Shown piece by piece: positions 59,206 to 64,000 of a stretch of DNA of 64,000 nucleotides. Each line of letters opens with the position of its first letter. Position 1 is the first letter of the stretch. A model generated the notes under the pieces. The model saw only the letters and a list, made by a program, of their open reading frames with translations, searched no databases and was not told the DNA's origin. Both the position numbers and the translations under genes were made by a program. The stretch comes from an uncultured Gammaproteobacteria bacterium. Lineage in GTDB: Bacteria; Patescibacteriota; Patescibacteriia; Magasanikbacterales; UBA922. The DNA lies in NCBI GenBank assembly GCA_964435035.1, contig CAYSXR010000003.1:19553-83552 (forward strand). Reading direction: 5' to 3'.

Positions 59206-59253
59206 TCCCGACACAGTCGGGATATAACGTTGGGGTCGATGGTTCCTGGTCCA
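59197..59253 (+). pseudogene. tRNA-derived 3' fragment (D-loop to acceptor-like end) with a degenerate T-loop.
   Basis: GGTGGTTAGTCCCGACACAGTCGGGATATAACGTTGGGGTCGATGGTTCCTGGTCCATCTAGTCCTAC closely parallels the tRNA 3' half. The anticodon arm is replaced by the hairpin TCCCGAC-ACA-GTCGGGA. Confidence 0.4.
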
Positions 59254-59304
59254 TCTAGTCCTACTTATATAGTAAAAAGTCGAAAGTCAAAAAGTCTATA
59301 AAGT

Positions 59305-60300
59305 ATGGGAGTATTCGGTTTTACAGATTACATTACTATGATTATTACAGTCCCTGAACAACCAACAAAAAAGAGAATTGATGCTTTTCTTGCCGAGCAT
59401 GGATTTGGTACGCGTACGCTTGTCCAGCGAGCAATTGATCGAGGTTTAGTTACCGTTAATGGTAGTGTGTGTTTAAAATCTTCGTATCGAGTGCAAGAAG
59501 GAGAGAGTATTGAAATGCAGGAGGTGCCTGAGGTTGAAAAAACTGCAGAAGTTATTCTTGAAGAATCTGAAGAGTTGTATAGCAAAGTACAACTTATTCA
59601 TGAAGACAAAGAATATATTGTGGTTATGAAGCCTGCGGGTCTCATTGTGCACCCTACTGAAGCCAAAGAGAAGGTGACTCTTGCTGCATGGGTGGTATCA
59701 AAATATCCTGATGTGGCTACTGTAGGTGATTCTGCTATTCGACCAGGTATTGTACATCGATTGGACAAAGAAGCTTCAGGGTTACTTGTTGTCGCACGTA
59801 CACAGAAAATGTTTGAGCATTTGAAAGATCAATTTAAGAATCGTACGGTTGAAAAGAATTATACGGTGTTGGTATATGGATCAACAGCAACTGAACATGG
59901 CACGATTGATTTTATTATTGATCGCGGCAAAGAGGGGAAGATGGTTGCGAGGCCTAATACTCAGATGACACTCCGGAATGTGAAAGAAGACCGAAGTGGG
60001 AAAGAAGCACTCACTGAATTTGATGTGTTGAAACGTTTTGCGCGTTATACCCTCCTTTCAGTTCATCTCCACACCGGACGTACACATCAAATCCGTGTAC
60101 ATATGTATGCGTTTAATCAGCCAGTAGTCGGGGATATGCTGTATTACCAAAAAGCGTATTTCAAAAAAAATGATCCGTTACTCGGGCGTTTATTTCTCCA
60201 TGCCTCGAAATTATGTTTTACCACGCTTGAAAATCAAAAGGTGTGTTATGAGGCTCCACTTCCAGAAGAGCTACAGATGTATTTAAAAAAATTGGTGTAA
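59305..60300 (+). CDS. rluD: 23S rRNA pseudouridine synthase, RluD-like (S4 domain plus RluA catalytic domain). Alternative start at 59338.
   Basis: S4 region KRIDAFLAEHGFGTRTLVQRAIDRGLVTVNG. Catalytic HRLDKEASGLLVVARTQ. HQIRVHM motif. Confidence 0.8.
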   Translation: MGVFGFTDYITMIITVPEQPTKKRIDAFLAEHGFGTRTLVQRAIDRGLVTVNGSVCLKSSYRVQEGESIEMQEVPEVEKTAEVILEESEELYSKVQLIHEDKEYIVVMKPAGLIVHPTEAKEKVTLAAWVVSKYPDVATVGDSAIRPGIVHRLDKEASGLLVVARTQKMFEHLKDQFKNRTVEKNYTVLVYGSTATEHGTIDFIIDRGKEGKMVARPNTQMTLRNVKEDRSGKEALTEFDVLKRFARYTLLSVHLHTGRTHQIRVHMYAFNQPVVGDMLYYQKAYFKKNDPLLGRLFLHASKLCFTTLENQKVCYEAPLPEELQMYLKKLV

Positions 60301-60312
60301 TACGTTCTTCGC

Positions 60313-60347
60313 GACCCCTCCCTAACCCTCCCCTAAGAGGGGAGGGA
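60313..60347. repeat. GC-rich palindromic element copy 2 (CCCCTCCCTAACCCTCCCCTAAGAGGGGAGGGAAT) in the rluD-gmk intergenic region.
   Basis: Near-identical core to the copy inside prmC at 19155-19197. Confidence 0.45.
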
Positions 60348-60357
60348 ATCACTTTTC

Positions 60358-60951
60358 ATGCTAAATGAATATTTTATGAAAAAGAAAGGACTACTTGTGG
60401 TTATTTCTTCTCCTTCAGGGGGCGGTAAAGATTCTGTTATTAAGGCTCTCAGTAAACGTATCCCTAATTCTTCTCGTTGTCTTACGACGACCTCTCGACC
60501 GCCGCGCCCGGGTAATGTTGAAGGCGTGGATTATCATTTTGTTTCAGAACAAGAGTTTAAGAAAAAAATTTCTCATGATGAGTTTGTAGAGTACAACGTA
60601 TATGCGGGTAATTATTATGGTACTGAGAAAAGTGTACTTGAACATGCGCTTTTGAATCATGATGTGGTGTATACTCAGGTAGAAGTTAATGGTAAATGTG
60701 CGTTTGATCGACTCCATATTCCACATCTTGCTATTTTTCTCATGCCTGAAAATTTAGACGTTCTCCGCGATCGGATTATTGCACGTGGAGGGCTTACTCG
60801 TGAAGAAGTGGATGAACGACTTCTTATTGCAAAACAACAGATAGCTGAGGCAGGTATCTACGATCTGCAGATAGTGAATGAGCAAGGCAGGTTTGATGAC
60901 ACCGTCTCCCAGCTTACTGAAGCCATTCTTGACAAAAAGGAGACGGTATAG
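60358..60951 (+). CDS. gmk: Guanylate kinase. Alternative start at 60376 (MKKKGLLVV).
   Basis: P-loop SSPSGGGKDSV, TTTSRPPRPGNVEGVDYHFVSEQEF guanylate-binding region. Confidence 0.85.
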   Translation: MLNEYFMKKKGLLVVISSPSGGGKDSVIKALSKRIPNSSRCLTTTSRPPRPGNVEGVDYHFVSEQEFKKKISHDEFVEYNVYAGNYYGTEKSVLEHALLNHDVVYTQVEVNGKCAFDRLHIPHLAIFLMPENLDVLRDRIIARGGLTREEVDERLLIAKQQIAEAGIYDLQIVNEQGRFDDTVSQLTEAILDKKETV

Positions 60952-61027
60952 TACAGTGTTGCCACTACATATTATATACGACGTTGGTGTACAAATAGTG
61001 TCCAACCTCTCGATTAAACATTTATCT

Positions 61028-61372
61028 ATGTCAGCAGATATCAGACATGAAGTTAAATCAGGGATGATCGTAAAGGTTCATCAGAAGATTAAAGAATTGA
61101 ATACTAAAGGTGAAGAAAAAGAACGTATTCAGATCTTTGAAGGAATTGTTCTTGCTCAAAAACACGGAGGCGAAGCTGGAGCTACCATCACTGTTCGAAA
61201 AGTATCAGACGGTGTTGGGGTAGAGAAAATTTTCCCGATCAATTCCCCAGTGGTAGAAAAGATTGAACTCGTACGTGCAATGCATGTTCGAAAGTCTCGA
61301 CCTTACTTCCTACGTGACTATAAGAAAAAGTTGAAAGAAGTAAAAGTAAAAGGAACTGAAGAAAAAAAGTAA
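61028..61372 (+). CDS. rplS: 50S ribosomal protein L19. Start trimmed to MSADIRHEV; the tracked ORF begins at 60878.
   Basis: RIQIFEGIVLAQKHGGEAGATITVRKVSDGVGVEKIFPINSPVVEKIELVR matches the L19 core. Confidence 0.85.
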   Translation: MSADIRHEVKSGMIVKVHQKIKELNTKGEEKERIQIFEGIVLAQKHGGEAGATITVRKVSDGVGVEKIFPINSPVVEKIELVRAMHVRKSRPYFLRDYKKKLKEVKVKGTEEKK

Positions 61373-61394
61373 ATTAAAAATCCGCCGATGAGGC

Positions 61395-61530
61395 GGATTT
61401 TTTTATCTGTGTGATGTCATTCCGACCGGAACGCAGTGGAGTGGAGGAATCCCTTTTATCATCAATTTATTATTTAAAACAAGGGATTCCTCGACTCCCT
61501 CGGAGACTCGGTCGCTCGGAATGACACTAT
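61395..61530. repeat. Large nested palindrome (~135 bp) acting as a bidirectional terminator between rplS and uvrA. Preceded by a simple hairpin terminator at 61378-61405.
   Basis: Outer arms GTCATTCCGACCGG / CGGTCGCTCGGAATGAC. Inner arms GGAGGAATCCCTT / AAGGGATTCCTC around an AT-rich loop. Hairpin ATCCGCCGATGAGGCGGAT plus T-run. Confidence 0.4.
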
Positions 61531-61557
61531 GGGAGTAGGCTTCAGGGAGGAACGTTT

Positions 61558-64000
61558 CTATTTCTTTTTACTTTTTACTTTTTCGTTTTTACTTGTTGCA
61601 GCAAGCTCTAGCTTTAGGTACTCGCCAGTGAGGCTATTTTTTGCTTTGATTACTTGCTCGGGTGTGCCTGAAGTGACTACTTGCCCGCCATGTTTTCCGC
61701 CCCCTGGACCCAAATCAATGATCCAGTCTGAGCATTTGATAATATCAAGGTTATGCTCGATTACGAGTATCGTGTTTCCTTTGTCTACAAGTTGATTTAA
61801 GACATGAAGCAGTTTTTTGATATCTTCAAAATGAAGACCGGTCGAAGGCTCATCCAAAATATAAATTGTTTTGCCTGTTGATCGGCGTGAGAGCTCGGTT
61901 GCGAGCTTGATTCTCTGTGCTTCTCCACCCGAGAGTGTGGTAGCTGGCTGTCCGAGCTGTACATATCCCAATCCAACATTTCGGAGTATCTGGAGTTTGT
62001 CAGTAATTGGTTGTTTGCCTTGAAAAAATTTGAATGCTTCTTCTACAGTCATTTTGAGTACTTCAGCAATATTTTTTTCTTTATAGTGAATTTCAAGTAC
62101 ATCTCTCGTATAGCGTGTACCGTGACATTCACTACATTCTACAAATACATCATTTAAGAAATGCATAGGGATGGTGACGTATCCTTCTCCTCCACACGCT
62201 TCACAGCGTCCATCACCTTTTACATTGAAACTAAAGGTGCCTGCCTGATATCCACGCAATTTTGATTCAGGGAGCTCGGCATAGAGATCACGAATCATGG
62301 TGAATATACCGGTATAGGTAACAGGGTTACTGCGAGGAGTTCTTCCAATCGGGGTCTGGTCAATTGCGATTACTTTGTCGATGTTTGATAATCCTTTAAT
62401 ATCGTCGTGTGCACCCGGTTCATCTTTTGCACGATAGAATTTTTTCTCCAGTGATTTGCCAAGGATATCGAGAATAAGCGTGGATTTTCCTGATCCTGAT
62501 ACGCCAGTAATGCTTACAAACATGGCAAGTGGAATTTCTACATCAATATTTTTAAGGTTGTTTGCCTTGGCACCAAGAATGGTAAGTTTTTTACCACTTC
62601 CTTTTCGTGGTTTACCTGGTGCTCTGATTTCTTCTGCGTTTGAAAGATATCTTCCAGTGAGGGATTTGTCTGATTTAATCACTTTGTCAGGAGTGCCTGC
62701 AGCCATAATCTCTCCGCCATATTCTCCGGCTCCAGGGCCGATATCTATGAGATAATCAGCTGCTTTCATGATGGCTTTATCGTGTTCAACCACGATTACG
62801 GTGTTTCCTGCATCACGAAGAGACATGAGTGTCGTAATGAGTTTACTATTGTCTTTGGGATGTAGTCCAATTGAAGGTTCATCAAGGATATAGATGAGAC
62901 CAGATAAACCAGCAGAGAGCTGAGTCGAGAGGCGTACACGCTGTGATTCACCACCTGAGAGGGTGTTTAGTGATCGGTCGAGTGTGAGATATGCAAGTCC
63001 TACATCAATCAAATGTTCGATTCTTCGTCTAACTTCCAATGCAATAGGTTTTGCGATTGATTTTTCTTCATTACTTAATTTTTTTGCAATACCACTGGTC
63101 TGATTTTCAAGTGATTGAAATATTTGATACGATTCTTCGAGACTCATTTCTGCGATATCAGCAATAGAATAATCTGAAATTTTGATATTCAAGCTATCTT
63201 CTTTTAATCGTTTGGTGTCACATACTGAACATGTTTTTTCACGCATGTATACTTCGATTTCTTTTTTTACATACTCTGATTTGGTCTCAATATATCGTGC
63301 GGTGAGATTGGGGATCACTCCTTCGTAGTTTGTTTTTTTGCCTTTTACTAAATATTCCTGGCCATCAGTTCCATAGAGGATGATATCCATGACTGATTGA
63401 GGTAATTCTTCAATTGGACGGGAAAGAGAAAAATTGTGTGCAAAAGCAACTTCAGTGAGAATCTCCATGAGACCTGTATTATTTCCAACGAGCCTGGTCC
63501 ATGGCTGAATAGCACCTTCTTCGACGGTAAGTTTTTGGTTTGGAATAACGAGTTCTGGGTCAACTTCCAATGTTTTTCCAAGTCCTGTACAGCGAGGACA
63601 TGCACCATAGGGGCTATTGAAACTAAATGATCGTGGCTCGATATGTGAGAATGTTCGTTTGCAAGAGCTACATACCGGGATTTGTGAAAATGAAGTTTCT
63701 TCGTCTGTTTCGGGATCATAGACAAGAACGTGTCCATTGGAAAAATCGAGTGCTTTTAAAACATGCTTTGCAAATGATTCTTTGAGTACATTTTTCAATT
63801 CTCCAATGATTACCTCAACATCATATTTATATGAAGGATTGAGTGTGATCGTCGATAGTTGTTTGATCGATGTCTCAACGCCGTTTAAGCGGATTGAAGG
63901 ATACCCAGTTTTTTCCACTCGATGTTTTAATTCTTTATTGGTAATAGATTCTTGGCGGATGATAGGGGAGAGAAGCAAACTCTCTGGAGATTTTTTGGCG
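61558..64000 (-). CDS. uvrA: Excinuclease ABC subunit A, partial (N-terminus lies beyond the window end).
   Basis: Two ABC ATPase modules with Walker A motifs (GVSGSGKSTL and a second P-loop), zinc-finger CxxC pairs (CPRCTGLG; CEACGGEG...CSECHG), signature LSGGE. The frame remains open to position 64000. Confidence 0.9.
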   Translation of the reverse strand, partial: AKKSPESLLLSPIIRQESITNKELKHRVEKTGYPSIRLNGVETSIKQLSTITLNPSYKYDVEVIIGELKNVLKESFAKHVLKALDFSNGHVLVYDPETDEETSFSQIPVCSSCKRTFSHIEPRSFSFNSPYGACPRCTGLGKTLEVDPELVIPNQKLTVEEGAIQPWTRLVGNNTGLMEILTEVAFAHNFSLSRPIEELPQSVMDIILYGTDGQEYLVKGKKTNYEGVIPNLTARYIETKSEYVKKEIEVYMREKTCSVCDTKRLKEDSLNIKISDYSIADIAEMSLEESYQIFQSLENQTSGIAKKLSNEEKSIAKPIALEVRRRIEHLIDVGLAYLTLDRSLNTLSGGESQRVRLSTQLSAGLSGLIYILDEPSIGLHPKDNSKLITTLMSLRDAGNTVIVVEHDKAIMKAADYLIDIGPGAGEYGGEIMAAGTPDKVIKSDKSLTGRYLSNAEEIRAPGKPRKGSGKKLTILGAKANNLKNIDVEIPLAMFVSITGVSGSGKSTLILDILGKSLEKKFYRAKDEPGAHDDIKGLSNIDKVIAIDQTPIGRTPRSNPVTYTGIFTMIRDLYAELPESKLRGYQAGTFSFNVKGDGRCEACGGEGYVTIPMHFLNDVFVECSECHGTRYTRDVLEIHYKEKNIAEVLKMTVEEAFKFFQGKQPITDKLQILRNVGLGYVQLGQPATTLSGGEAQRIKLATELSRRSTGKTIYILDEPSTGLHFEDIKKLLHVLNQLVDKGNTILVIEHNLDIIKCSDWIIDLGPGGGKHGGQVVTSGTPEQVIKAKNSLTGEYLKLELAATSKNEKVKSKKK

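Noticed and set aside
61529-61795. 88-aa plus-strand ORF overlapping the uvrA 3' end.
   Set aside because: Lies antisense within the well-supported uvrA coding region. No independent signals.

Overview
This AT-rich (roughly 38-40% GC), gene-dense window looks like a small-genome bacterial lineage, probably Patescibacteria/CPR. The core genes are short and ribosome/translation-heavy, with tdh, kbl, glmS and fbaB also present. The 23S-5S rRNA unit has no linked 16S, and the 23S carries an insertion.

Content in order:
- Start of window to 19.5 kb: a partial transporter (runs off the window start), a D-2-hydroxyacid dehydrogenase, two large secreted proteins (one with a Fibrobacter-type paralogous domain, one a 1487-aa FN3/purple-acid-phosphatase-N repeat protein), secE-nusG-rplK with no rplA, gyrB, a SEDS (FtsW/RodA) protein, rplY, and prmC.
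- 19.5-30 kb: prfA, rpmE, rpsB-tsf, rpsO, a NYN-domain gene, pnp, a tRNA-Leu(UAG) followed by a foreign GC3-rich lipoprotein gene, and an Smr protein.
- 30.5-34 kb: a 23S-5S rRNA unit with no 16S. The 23S has a 361-nt ORF-less group-I-like intron at the position equivalent to E. coli ~2499/2500.
- 34-42 kb: LigT-like, C39-like, lgt, a Zur-controlled znuACB cluster, fbaB and trmB.
- 42-56 kb: a GlmU-N-like gene, tdh-kbl-glmS, yvcK, GNAT genes, methyltransferase and pseudouridine synthase genes, then a three-gene split ATP-citrate-lyase-like set (ATP-grasp beta, CoA-binding alpha, truncated citrate-synthase-like lyase) interrupted by lemA-TPM.
- 56-64 kb: a PHP plus zinc-ribbon (EndoQ-like) protein, a 40-aa K/R/A-repeat micro-ORF, an HD protein, a tRNA with anticodon UAU flanked by tRNA-derived fragments and a GIY-YIG gene, rluD, gmk, rplS, and partial uvrA.

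The most distinctive material is non-genic or accessory:
1. Three copies of a ~92-bp MITE-like element with perfect AACATTGATT terminal inverted repeats.
2. A second inverted-repeat element family, present twice.
3. A GC-rich CCCTCCCC/GGGGAGGG palindrome, present twice; one copy sits in-frame inside prmC.
4. Several compositionally foreign GC-rich genes, each with a host-like AT-rich promoter and terminator. One is a small island next to tRNA-Leu.
5. The tRNA(UAU)/GIY-YIG mosaic.
6. The split citryl-CoA synthetase/lyase-like genes.

No CRISPR array, reverse transcriptase, or recognisable multi-gene defence system was identified. Function calls rest on motif-level recognition and are approximate.
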